A stretch of 64,000 nucleotides of DNA from a virus. The stretch lies in IMG/VR virus record IMGVR_UViG_3300037325_000203; one strand, 5' to 3'. The position numbers were made by a program, and so were the translations under genes. This document shows, one piece after another, positions 29,034 to 38,725 of this stretch (position 1 is the stretch's first letter; every line of letters begins with the position of its first letter). The notes beneath the pieces are model-generated. The model saw only the letters and a program-made list of their open reading frames with translations, had not been told where the DNA came from and did not search any database.

Positions 29034-29809
29034 TTTCTTAATCCGTTATTTTTTCTATTTGCAGTCTTTTTACCATTAGCAGCTAAAGTTGAGGATAATT
29101 CACCAGATGCCTGATGCGACTTAGTGTCGCCTACTATAGTTTTTGTCGGCCCCGACTTATTGTACTCTTTCTTTAATGCTTCCTCTGTGGGCTGGCGCTT
29201 TTGTATGTTGCCCATCGCAACAGGTGCAACTGCGATGGAACCGGCTCCAGTTGCACCTGCACTGCATGTTTCTGTAATCCCGGCAAGTTGACGCATTCTT
29301 TTAATATCCTTTTGCTCTGCTGTCATCTGCTGGCCGGGCTGGATGTTGCCGCTTTGTTGGTCCGACGTTTGAAACTGTTCGAGATCGTCCATGTTACGCC
29401 ATTCCTCCTGGCCGGTTGCAGGGTTGTTGACTTTCACACCCTTTGCATTCATGTCTACCTGAGACACCGATCCTGGAACTGAACGTCCATCCAGTCCCTT
29501 AAAGCCGACTGTCATTCCTACTTCTACTGGCGCGCCCGCGCCGGGCCACATAGACTTGATATTAGATGCCGGGCTACCAGATGGCGGGCTATTGGGTGAC
29601 ATCCGGGAATTAGTACTCCCCGAGGATGGGCCAATTGTACTCCCCGATGGAGGTGTAATGTTTGCCTCAGCCATTGCTTGATAATCTCCAAAAGTCATGC
29701 TCGATAGTATGCTTCTGGCTTCTGTTAATCCCACCCCGTTCAGTTTTGAAATTCTTCTAACTGAATCACCATACGACATATCATCTGATAAAATTTTTAA
29801 ACTTTTCAT
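29030..29809 (-). CDS. Hypothetical head-associated protein
   Basis: Start moved to MKSLKIL (GGAG RBS, ATGA overlap); RMRQLAGI.E..SAGAT.AG.IA motif. Confidence 0.65.
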   Translation of the reverse strand: MKSLKILSDDMSYGDSVRRISKLNGVGLTEARSILSSMTFGDYQAMAEANITPPSGSTIGPSSGSTNSRMSPNSPPSGSPASNIKSMWPGAGAPVEVGMTVGFKGLDGRSVPGSVSQVDMNAKGVKVNNPATGQEEWRNMDDLEQFQTSDQQSGNIQPGQQMTAEQKDIKRMRQLAGITETCSAGATGAGSIAVAPVAMGNIQKRQPTEEALKKEYNKSGPTKTIVGDTKSHQASGELSSTLAANGKKTANRKNNGLRK

Positions 29810-30306
29810 ATCGACTCCATTTTTGTAAACGCGACATTTTGTTGCCAACTGCTGGCGCTGCCCGTTACTGTAGTTACTCTAACACCGCTCGGTAAAATTA
29901 CTCCGTCTATGTCATCTATAAGAAGACCGACGGGGCCGGGTGTACCATAGGGTGTGAAATTATAAAATTGCACACCTCTTTCTACTGCAAATTTCCATAT
30001 AAATCCTTCGCCGGATAACTCCGTAGTGTGTACTGCAAGTTCTATAACGGGCTGAGGATCGTTCAGAATTACCGGCATGGCCCTGAGGCCAATGCTCATC
30101 AGAAATACTTCAAAATTTTTCTGACTCTCATCTAACGGGTTACCTGTAACTTGTAAATTAACTAATCTAGTCACTTCCTCAGCTGTCGGAGGATTAGGGT
30201 TCGGATCAACAAAGCATAGCGGACTACTGGCATAACAAACATAATACTGTAAGTCTGCTGATAGATTTTGCATCGAAGATGAGGCACCGTGTATTTTTTT
30301 AGTCAT
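29806..30306 (-). CDS. Virion protein, M.K.(H/N)G paralog family
   Basis: MTKKIHGA N-terminus resembles the next two genes. Confidence 0.6.
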   Translation of the reverse strand: MTKKIHGASSSMQNLSADLQYYVCYASSPLCFVDPNPNPPTAEEVTRLVNLQVTGNPLDESQKNFEVFLMSIGLRAMPVILNDPQPVIELAVHTTELSGEGFIWKFAVERGVQFYNFTPYGTPGPVGLLIDDIDGVILPSGVRVTTVTGSASSWQQNVAFTKMESI

Positions 30307-30471
30307 AAAATTGTTCCTTATCTATTTACCTTGTATTTCTTAAACTAACAACCCAATCTGAAGCTGCCAGTTAATATCTATTCATCAATCACGTTGCTTG
30401 TCATTCTTACTAGAATATTGTTTATTCTCGAATATTTCTTATATTTATCAAGAAATAGATAAGTTGAGTTC

Positions 30472-30504
30472 AAAAAGAAAGGACCAGTCTGGTCCTTTCT
30501 TTTT
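30472..30504. terminator. Intrinsic terminator
   Basis: AAAAAGAAAGGACCAG-T-CTGGTCCTTTCTTTTT. Confidence 0.85.
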
Positions 30505-30518
30505 ACAATCGAATATAA

Positions 30519-31094
30519 TTATGCTAATGTGTAATGAGTTAACGTACCCAATGAGAATGAAACTTCAGTGACAGTTACGCTAGCAAAAGAAGCAGATGCT
30601 GTAACCGGTACGCTAGTAGGTGTGTTAACCTCGCCGGCAGTGACATACACTGTAGCAGTGGGCAATGCTCTGATAGCCGCTTGCATCTGCAATGCCGCAG
30701 CAGTCGGCGTGATAGGCAATTGTTGCTCATCAGTGTCGGCAGGTGGTGTCGAATAAGAAGGTGTGTCCGACCCCCATCCCATGGATGAGGAAGATACTCC
30801 GATATGTATTGCTGTTGTGTCACCATATGTGGCAGGCACTAGCCCGATTAACACGATACCTGCCTGCTTACTGACCTCATGGAGTGCTAGTTCGGCTGCA
30901 CTATTCGGAACAGCTCTGTTATTTCCCACTACGAAGTACGTAGTAACTGTGGTTGCACCGCCTGCTATAGATACTGGTAAGTTTACCGAACCGTTAGAAA
31001 CAGACCATGCGAAAGGCCCGACAATTTTAAAAAATCTCATGCCGCCTGTCAGTGTCTGGTCGCTGATAATGCCGCCGTTTACTTTAACTACCAT
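30519..31094 (-). CDS. Virion protein, M.K.(H/N)G paralog family
   Basis: MVVKVNGG, AGGAG RBS, late promoter at 31117, Ala/Thr-rich. Confidence 0.65.
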   Translation of the reverse strand: MVVKVNGGIISDQTLTGGMRFFKIVGPFAWSVSNGSVNLPVSIAGGATTVTTYFVVGNNRAVPNSAAELALHEVSKQAGIVLIGLVPATYGDTTAIHIGVSSSSMGWGSDTPSYSTPPADTDEQQLPITPTAAALQMQAAIRALPTATVYVTAGEVNTPTSVPVTASASFASVTVTEVSFSLGTLTHYTLA

Positions 31095-31196
31095 AATGTA
31101 ATCTCCTAATTTAATGTATTTATCAATATACATAGAATTTTAATCGTTAAAAAACCCGCATACTCGATACGGGGTTTGTTCTAATCTTGTTTAGGA

Positions 31197-31772
31197 TTAA
31201 ACTGGATAGAAACCAGCGGTGCCTGTTGGGCTATTAGTTGGTGTTGCACCGGATGTAGCACCAGGACCAGTGGCTAGATCGCCGGCCTCGGCGGTTGCTA
31301 CTGCCATTGCGCCGTTGAAAGCTGCAAACGAAACGCCAACTGTAACTGCATTGGCTGCTACGCTAACCAATGCACCTACTACGTTTGTAGGGGCATCGCC
31401 AGCTGTGGTCACCACTGCTTGAGCATTGGAAATTGGCAGATCGGTAGCGACGACGCCAACATTGTTGGAGAACCAACCTTCTGCGTGACCTAGCATAACG
31501 TCAACGCTCTTTGATGAAACATGGTACTTGGAAACGCCAAGAATTGTTGCCTTCTGATCAACAACCTTAAGGGCCTGTACAAGTGCACTTTCTACGACTC
31601 CGAACGTAGCATCAGCTACTGTATTTGCACCAGCTGAGGTTGCAGTACCTAGTACGCGAAGATCAGCAGCCGCCAAGGCGGAAATATCCTTGCTGAATGT
31701 TAGCTTCACAAATACTACTTTTCTTTCTACCCAAATACCTGTATACGCGGCACCATTTACTTTTACTGTCAT
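31197..31772 (-). CDS. Virion protein, M.K.(H/N)G paralog family (possible decoration protein)
   Basis: MTVKVNGA, AAGGAG RBS, late promoter at 31818, own downstream hairpin. Confidence 0.65.
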   Translation of the reverse strand: MTVKVNGAAYTGIWVERKVVFVKLTFSKDISALAAADLRVLGTATSAGANTVADATFGVVESALVQALKVVDQKATILGVSKYHVSSKSVDVMLGHAEGWFSNNVGVVATDLPISNAQAVVTTAGDAPTNVVGALVSVAANAVTVGVSFAAFNGAMAVATAEAGDLATGPGATSGATPTNSPTGTAGFYPV

Positions 31773-31827
31773 GATAAAACTCCTTAAATTTTAATAGGTT
31801 AATCCTATTTATGCATTTATTTATCTT

Positions 31828-32694
31828 TTATATAAGATATTTACGGATCTCCGATGGATAATAGAAGTTTTGTCCGGCTTTCCAATCGGTAAAGTTATGT
31901 GCCATTTGTCGACAAATACGTTCTTGCTCAACTAAGCCGCAATATCGTTTTACAGCGCTCATTATAGTCTCTAAGCTGAACAAGTCGTTGACTGTTGCTC
32001 TGTCATCGTTAAATAGTATTACAGCAATTTCAACAGGATTAATGACTGGGCCAGCCAGAACATAGTCCAATTGCTTCCTCATCCGGTTACCGTCGACATC
32101 GGTCACACTATTCCTGTGTACTTTTATAAGACCGTTGGATCCAAATTTCCATCTTACTATCGAAGTACATCTGCCTAACTGATCTACACTTTGAGCCAAG
32201 TTCTCTGTATTAACCGAACAAATTGCTGCTATTGCTAAATTCCTGTGTGCACCTTTGTATTCAGACTTGTCACCGGGGCTGAAATGATAAAATCTTTCCC
32301 AGTCTGCATCCCCGAAGTTAAAGTCAATCTGTACAAAACCGGATCGCGGTTTACACTCTTGTAGTTCTTCCTTGTAATTTACAATGGGATACTTCAAGTG
32401 AACCATTGCGCCATTGCGAGCAGTAAATTCTATACCGAACAGACTGATTAAATTTTCCCTGAAACTTCCCGGACCGTGAGACCAGCGCTCATTGTCTAAC
32501 ACAATATCGATGTCGCCGGAGTATTCTCTTTTTCCAGTCGAGCCCAAAGTATAGTCGTTTAGGTCAAATGGGAACCCTAAGTCATCTGACAGCTTTGTCA
32601 GCGTATCTCTGACTTCAGACATGTGGATTGTTCCGCAACCGCGGACAGCCGTGCCCGCTTCATTATCAGGCTGTACTATATATTTTAATTTCAT
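31828..32694 (-). CDS. Pol-beta superfamily nucleotidyltransferase
   Basis: LGSTGK...GDIDI and third acidic strand VQIDF. Confidence 0.75.
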   Translation of the reverse strand: MKLKYIVQPDNEAGTAVRGCGTIHMSEVRDTLTKLSDDLGFPFDLNDYTLGSTGKREYSGDIDIVLDNERWSHGPGSFRENLISLFGIEFTARNGAMVHLKYPIVNYKEELQECKPRSGFVQIDFNFGDADWERFYHFSPGDKSEYKGAHRNLAIAAICSVNTENLAQSVDQLGRCTSIVRWKFGSNGLIKVHRNSVTDVDGNRMRKQLDYVLAGPVINPVEIAVILFNDDRATVNDLFSLETIMSAVKRYCGLVEQERICRQMAHNFTDWKAGQNFYYPSEIRKYLI

Positions 32695-34093
32695 TTATTA
32701 AATCATCTAATTGTTTCCCGACAATAACCCCTAGTAAGGCCGGCGTTTCCACCGCCCCGTTGATCTTGCGCTGCATATTATTAATCTTCTCAAAAATATA
32801 AGCAAACGATTCTCTTGTCCTCTGGTTGATGGAACCTTGCACGATACAGGTGACTTCGTGCAAATTTTCTTCTTTCTCATATCTATGCAAGTCCTCTTCT
32901 AACCTAGATCGGCCGGATTCTATTAAACTCAGCCAATTTGTTTTAATCTCATGCAGATCTAACCCCTTAGTTAGGTTAAAAGTTATTTCTGAGTTATTGA
33001 TTCCTGCTTTTCGTAAATAGTTTTTTGCCTGCGTAGTTCCTAACGCAGGATGCCCGATTACAGTTGCCATACTAACATGAAGATTACCTATAAAACTTAA
33101 TTCACCGGTAATACTCTTTGCACGTTCGGTTAATTTATTTCTTTTTTCCCATGCAGATTCTCTGGCAGTACCAAATATACGCTTGTCTACGATCTTAACC
33201 ATTTTACCAGTGACAGTATGCCGAAGCACCACACCCTCGATCCATCCGCCATCTTCTAACGACGGTCCAAAACTACTTGTCTTATTTCTGACAACCTGAT
33301 CTAACAATACTTCTTTAATGTTTGCTTTCATTTCGGCTACAATAGTGCCAATTTCATTTTTCTTTTCTTTAACCAAGTGCTTGGTTAATTTCCAGTCTTG
33401 TGTATCGCACCAGACTGGTCTCTTGTTTAGGGGCAGGGACTCGATAATACGCACTGGTTGATCTGCAATTCCAGACGGTAACATTAAGTAAGCCGTGAGG
33501 GTGTCAACTTTCAATTTAATCGATTCTTCAATTTTTTCTGAGTCAAATTCAATATGTGGAACACGGACAAATACCCATCGACCTGATTCCTCTTTTAATT
33601 GTATTGTTCTGCCGTCGTGAGTAAAGGGCACGGGCAGATTTATTTCGTAGGAGGTATTGCACAGAAAATGGCTTAGTCGGTCGATGCACGACGAACCTTC
33701 GGTTACTCGCAAGAATATTATATAATTAAGATCTTTCGAGTATGTGACTACGTTGGGTAGCTCGCCGAATAATACTTCTGCCTCTACCTGATCACCTTCC
33801 GACAGACCCGCAGCTTTAAGCCTCGGCAGAGCGTCCTCAAGTAAGAGATGTGCTGAACGCATATATGTCGTAGGAAAGCTTATATCATAGCCATCCACCG
33901 AGTATATTCTTTTACCGCCCTTCGTTTCCCGTGAGGTGTAGAATCCGTTTTTGTCGATTCCGAACAGGATTTGAGCTCCGTCTACTTTTTCAGTTAACTC
34001 ATATTCGGAAAGATTCTGTAATGTATCGTAAAGACTATCTATGGATAAATCTTCTATGTGTAGTATGTTACGTGTTATTTTCTCAAGGATCAT
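32666..34093 (-). CDS. RNA-ligase-like covalent nucleotidyltransferase (DUF6267-like)
   Basis: HIEDL, motif I TEKVDG, EAE, motif IV IEGVV, motif V VKIVD. Confidence 0.7.
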   Translation of the reverse strand: MILEKITRNILHIEDLSIDSLYDTLQNLSEYELTEKVDGAQILFGIDKNGFYTSRETKGGKRIYSVDGYDISFPTTYMRSAHLLLEDALPRLKAAGLSEGDQVEAEVLFGELPNVVTYSKDLNYIIFLRVTEGSSCIDRLSHFLCNTSYEINLPVPFTHDGRTIQLKEESGRWVFVRVPHIEFDSEKIEESIKLKVDTLTAYLMLPSGIADQPVRIIESLPLNKRPVWCDTQDWKLTKHLVKEKKNEIGTIVAEMKANIKEVLLDQVVRNKTSSFGPSLEDGGWIEGVVLRHTVTGKMVKIVDKRIFGTARESAWEKRNKLTERAKSITGELSFIGNLHVSMATVIGHPALGTTQAKNYLRKAGINNSEITFNLTKGLDLHEIKTNWLSLIESGRSRLEEDLHRYEKEENLHEVTCIVQGSINQRTRESFAYIFEKINNMQRKINGAVETPALLGVIVGKQLDDLINEIKIYSTA

Positions 34094-35340
34094 TTCCGAG
34101 TTCTTCCAAGATGTACTAGTTCTGTTTGTCGTCTTGTTATTATACTCTCTTTTATAACAATGTCAAACAGCTCCATCACCTCTTCTTCTCTTAATCTATC
34201 CCCGATGAATTTACCAGCAGCCTTTCCCATCCTGGCCATAATTCCGCCCGGCGCCTGGACAGGGTCTATCTCTGATGCAAATTCTTGCTTCATAAATGCA
34301 ATAGTATCTTCTACAAAATTATTCTTCTTTATATAATCTGCAATCTGCGTAATTGCCTTTGTCTGATCAACAGATGGGTATCTGCCCGACTCTGGGTCGC
34401 CTGATACAGTTGCAAATGCTTTGGATATTTCTTTCTCAGAAAATCCAAATCTATTAAGAATAGACTGTATATCTCTAGAATCATCCGGCTTGTATTGTTT
34501 TCTCCACTCATTCATTAATGCCTCGACACTAACATTCCGCCTAAATGTGTTTACTATTCCTTTTTTATTTCTGACCTGAGAAATATTAGTAAGCATAGAC
34601 TTTATCTGGGAATCTGCCATCTTTGCTTCATTAACATCCGCCTGGTCTTGCAGAATTCCCCATAATATTTTGCGCTGGGAAGGCGTCATTGCATCCCGAA
34701 TAATTCTTCTTACTTCTTTTAACTCGGCTATCTTCTTTTCCGGGTCATTGTTATTTGCCGATTGCTGAGGGCTTCCTGCGGGGCTGTCGGCGCCATCGGG
34801 AGCGGATAATATATTGAAAATCTGCTCCACATCATTTTCCTCAAACTCTGCACCCGGGTCATCTCGAAAATCCTCATCTATATCTCTCCAATCGATATCG
34901 GTAGCATCGTCTGTATTGTATCTATTCTTCTTTTTTGATTTAGATGCCGGTTGCTCAGGCTGTCCCGAAAGTCGGGGCTGTCCCGAAAGTCGGGGCTGTT
35001 GCTGCCCGGGTGTCGGTGTCGGCCGAGCCGAAGGGGATTGTCGTCTTCGCGAGGAAATATCACTCCCCGGGGTTGAGTCGGAAGGATCGTTCTGCAGTCG
35101 TCTGTTACCAGAGGCTTGTAGTTTCTTTGCACTGACTATGCCTATTGCATTGTTAATTTGCTTGTCATCATAATCAGTCGCAAATTTTAAAAAGTGAATG
35201 ACGATATCTGCTGTTATTGGTTTTCGATAAGATAGTTTTCCAGAAGCACTTGCGTTTGTACCCACTAAACTATTGTTCTTAAGATACTGTATCCACTTCT
35301 TAACAAGAGGGTCGGTATTAGATGACATCTGATTCATCAT
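34090..35340 (-). CDS. Hypothetical low-complexity protein
   Basis: 416-aa ORF, Q/P-rich linker, hydrophobic-x-E sites. Confidence 0.65.
   Translation of the reverse strand: MMNQMSSNTDPLVKKWIQYLKNNSLVGTNASASGKLSYRKPITADIVIHFLKFATDYDDKQINNAIGIVSAKKLQASGNRRLQNDPSDSTPGSDISSRRRQSPSARPTPTPGQQQPRLSGQPRLSGQPEQPASKSKKKNRYNTDDATDIDWRDIDEDFRDDPGAEFEENDVEQIFNILSAPDGADSPAGSPQQSANNNDPEKKIAELKEVRRIIRDAMTPSQRKILWGILQDQADVNEAKMADSQIKSMLTNISQVRNKKGIVNTFRRNVSVEALMNEWRKQYKPDDSRDIQSILNRFGFSEKEISKAFATVSGDPESGRYPSVDQTKAITQIADYIKKNNFVEDTIAFMKQEFASEIDPVQAPGGIMARMGKAAGKFIGDRLREEEVMELFDIVIKESIITRRQTELVHLGRTRK
34958..34999. repeat. 18-bp in-frame tandem repeat (2.3 copies)
   Basis: GGCTGTCCCGAAAGTCGG x2 + GGCTGT, encoding QPRLSG repeats. 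Confidence 0.9.
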
Positions 35341-35596
35341 CCCTGCAACCGCCCTTGATCCGTTTTACCATTCTAGTAAATCTGCCAGGATCTGCACCTC
35401 TTATGCTAGACACGAATCGCTTTTTCAGTGACTCAGCCTCCTCTGCACTAAATGATTCGTCGATAGACTCCATCAGATTAATAGCAGAAACTATTATGTG
35501 CTGGGCACGAGCTTCAATTAAGTCTTCTTTGCTTTTTTGGGGCACATAGGAGCTTATCTCCTCTAAAATGGATTTGCTTCTTCGATTAACTGACAA
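35318..35596 (-). CDS. Conserved hypothetical protein
   Basis: TTG start, GGAG RBS, late promoter at 35623. Confidence 0.7.
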   Translation of the reverse strand: MSVNRRSKSILEEISSYVPQKSKEDLIEARAQHIIVSAINLMESIDESFSAEEAESLKKRFVSSIRGADPGRFTRMVKRIKGGCRDDESDVI

Positions 35597-35636
35597 TTTA
35601 GTTATCTCCTGTCTATTTCACGTATTTATCTATAAT

Positions 35637-36983
35637 CTAGTTTTTCTTATTCTTAATGAAGGCCCTTAGTATTGCTGCTCCGGCAAGCGGGTCGGGCTTG
35701 TTTTCCCTTCGAGTGATAGATGTAACGTCCTCCGATTCGACACCTAATTTCTCACTAGCCCTGATAATACTCTTTTGCTTTAGCTTCTCATAAATATCCT
35801 TAGATGTAGCAGTAATGGCGCCATCATCCCCTTCCTCTAAGTCACTAATCCTTAGGCTCCTGTTGTTAAATGCTAAATCGACCTTGGATCCTACACCCGA
35901 ACTAGATCGAGTTTTCATAAACTGGATCTGATAGCGACCGCCTTCCTTCATCGCGGCGCTAGTAAAAATGCCTATGACATTATCTGCTGTGTTAACTTTA
36001 GAGATACCACCAGCGATGTGACTAGGATCGAATTCTATTTGTTCGTACGAATTGCGATTTAGCTGGGATGCAGATACAGTCACTGTCTGCAATTCTACTG
36101 CTAAGTTACGTAGCTCTTCTGTTATATATTTGTCCTTAACAAACAAATTTTCTGCAGATATCTTTTTACTCATTGGCATCATTAAGTCTAAGTAGTCAAC
36201 TAAAATTGCATCGACTTTGCGTTTAGCATATATTTCATATTCCTTGATGTAAGCTCGTATATCGTTGGAAGTACACCCATTAGGCAGTTGCTTAACCCTT
36301 AACGACCCTCCACTTTTTTGCTGCGATGATCTGACCTTCATGTGTACATCGTCGATATTTCTCATGACTTCTCGAGTCTCATACCCAGTGTGCATCGCAT
36401 CTATACGCATAGCACACAATTTTTCACTTAGTTCCAAGGAAAGGTATACCACATTCAGACCAGACATGGCCCAATTTACTGCAAGGTTCTGTAAGAAAAG
36501 GGATTTTCCTGCACCAGAATTATGGGACGATATTCCGTTAGTATAGTACCTGTGATTTTCACTATCTACTACCAAATCAAATACAAGATCTGTTTCATTT
36601 GTATCCAGAATATCAGACACTATTCTAAATCCGTTATCGGATAATAATTTATCACCTATTTGTAAATTAATTATAGATACCCAGCACCCGTATATATTCT
36701 CAAACATATGCATAGGAGACGCTGTAACATATGTACCGTCGGTAAATTGGACGCAATAAATTTCATAACTTCCCTTGCTAATCAAATGCTTAACTGGTAC
36801 ATAGCCATCCGGCGAATCTACAAACCAATCATTTTTACATTTATTTAAATCAAAGATATTATATTCGATCGGTTGCATTTCAAGATATAATCTTTCAAAT
36901 GTGTCTATGTCCTGAGATTGATATTTAATTAATGTTTCTCTATCGTAAAACTGTGATAGGTATTCAATTTTTTCGTAATTCAT
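35637..36983 (-). CDS. gp41: Split intein C-half (155 aa, long) + gp41 helicase C-terminal extein
   Basis: SPDGYVPV...TASPMH (block B)...FDLVV..HRYYTNGISSHN|SGAGKS; extein has SLELSE, VDYLD, SQLNR, KTR. Confidence 0.93.
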   Translation of the reverse strand: MNYEKIEYLSQFYDRETLIKYQSQDIDTFERLYLEMQPIEYNIFDLNKCKNDWFVDSPDGYVPVKHLISKGSYEIYCVQFTDGTYVTASPMHMFENIYGCWVSIINLQIGDKLLSDNGFRIVSDILDTNETDLVFDLVVDSENHRYYTNGISSHNSGAGKSLFLQNLAVNWAMSGLNVVYLSLELSEKLCAMRIDAMHTGYETREVMRNIDDVHMKVRSSQQKSGGSLRVKQLPNGCTSNDIRAYIKEYEIYAKRKVDAILVDYLDLMMPMSKKISAENLFVKDKYITEELRNLAVELQTVTVSASQLNRNSYEQIEFDPSHIAGGISKVNTADNVIGIFTSAAMKEGGRYQIQFMKTRSSSGVGSKVDLAFNNRSLRISDLEEGDDGAITATSKDIYEKLKQKSIIRASEKLGVESEDVTSITRRENKPDPLAGAAILRAFIKNKKN

Positions 36984-38055
36984 TTATTTTAAAATTCCTA
37001 TTTTTTAAATCATTATTCCAGAATACATAATATTTTGTGCCTGTAAAAGTATTTAATATGTGATTTTTCTTTATATTATCGTTTCGATAACTATCCCCGT
37101 AAGTCCCGAGATGTGGCAAAGGCTTGTTATCTACTTCTATTATTTTATTAGATAATTCTTCTTTATAATCTGAGAAATTTATATGCCCGGGGCCGTGAAA
37201 CTCCATAATACACAGTAATTCTTTCTTCGCCGAATCTGCAAATACAGCTAAATCATATCTTCTAAATCCTGCAGTGGGTATCCATTGGAAATACTGTTCA
37301 GTTGGTGCACCGAACATACAATTTTCTCTATTGATATTATTTTGTTCTATAAATAGATTTACTGCCTGCATTTCCTGGCCGTTAATATTAAAGGATTTCT
37401 GAAGGGTCTTTAAGTAATGAGCCGACCTTTCGTCTTGTGTCTTGTTTTTCCAAGTCTGTTTCCGCTTATTGCAAGCATATCTGTATTTAATTGCACCTTC
37501 TATAGTTCCGTATTTCTCTATATAAAACGGTAACCCGCGTGCCTGATATGTTGTTACTAATACCTCAGCAGATTCTTTATCGTATCCCTTCTTTTCCCAG
37601 TATTCAACACACCTTACACTACACTTTCGATGATTTTTATTTCGGGAACTACCGGAGGCCATGATCTGATGATTTCTTACCTTCTCTATCGCCTCTGCTT
37701 CGGTAAATCCTTGATTTGTCCAATATATCTTTCTCGATGGAAAATAATCTTTGATTTTCGATAAATTATTATTCCATCTCTTTAAACCTAATTCGGCTCC
37801 ATACAAAATACAAAAATATTCGACACTCATTCTCTCATGTTTTAAAAGATCGAATTCTCGACTAATAACATCGGAATACCCTTGTTTTAAAAACCAGGCC
37901 AGGCGCATAAAATGATCTTGCGATTTTCTATAACCGCGCAAATCGAAATAGTCTAATAATCCACTTTCCTGTTCTGGTGTCAATAATATATCTGATAATA
38001 TTTTCTTAACTACTTTTATGTTTAAAAACTTCCTGATATACATTTTCCTGTTCAT
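36964..38055 (-). mobile_element. Free-standing Vsr-like endonuclease between the gp41 halves
   Basis: YW..G...EA and KYG...G repeats; RYDLAV...MEFHGPGH...FW; start moved to MNRK (AAGGGA RBS, late promoter at 38091). Confidence 0.75.
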
Positions 38056-38725
38056 AATAAATTCCCTTTTGCTGATCACTCTGGCTAAAGTATTTATCAA
38101 TATCTATAACTCTTATTGCTTTTACTTTGGTGTCCGCAGTAACGCACTGACCTGCAAATATTGTTAGTTCGCCTTTATTAAGTCCGCCGTATAATTTTTC
38201 ATCTACTGTTTTCCACCCCGTAGAGCACTGACCTTTGCCTTCCCGAATAGCCTCTAGGCGCTCTTTCGGGTTTGCGTAATAATCTGTTCCCAGGTCTTTA
38301 ACTAGTGCAATTTGTACAGCCGCTTTAATAGTTGCCTCGACTTCCCCGTATCTTCCTTCGTCGAGTAGATCAGGAGATGCAAGAATGGCATCTCTAAGTG
38401 CTTTGTGTCTACAGAATTTTTCAAACTCTCTCAGAAACCATTCGTCATGCAGGGCGGCCTCGGCCTCCATCATGTTAATTTCTTTCCTAGTAACCGCTTT
38501 GATTTGTACTAAGGATGGTATGCTCACGAAGTCTGTGCTATATCCTTCAATAAATGCCACTGTGTCCCTGTTTTGCTTATCGTCGAAATACTCGGACTTC
38601 AATATTCCTTTGCATCTGACAAACAGGTCAGGTTTACTCATCATGAAGCTAATGAACAGATCTTCTATGTCCGTACTGTAGTCATTAATTTCGCTTGCGT
38701 TTTCTGTCTCTAGCATTTTGTTCAA
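38006..38725 (-). CDS. gp41: gp41/DnaB-like helicase N-terminal extein + short split intein N-half (46 aa)
   Basis: DLGTDYY, STGW..VD.KLYGG..KGEL.IFAGQ|CVTADTKV. Confidence 0.92.
   Translation of the reverse strand: MNKMLETENASEINDYSTDIEDLFISFMMSKPDLFVRCKGILKSEYFDDKQNRDTVAFIEGYSTDFVSIPSLVQIKAVTRKEINMMEAEAALHDEWFLREFEKFCRHKALRDAILASPDLLDEGRYGEVEATIKAAVQIALVKDLGTDYYANPKERLEAIREGKGQCSTGWKTVDEKLYGGLNKGELTIFAGQCVTADTKVKAIRVIDIDKYFSQSDQQKGIYYEQENVYQEVFKHKSS

Noticed and set aside
34958-34999. Palindromic tandem repeat as a mini-CRISPR or REP element
   Set aside because: No spacers; it is an in-frame coding duplication in a low-complexity linker
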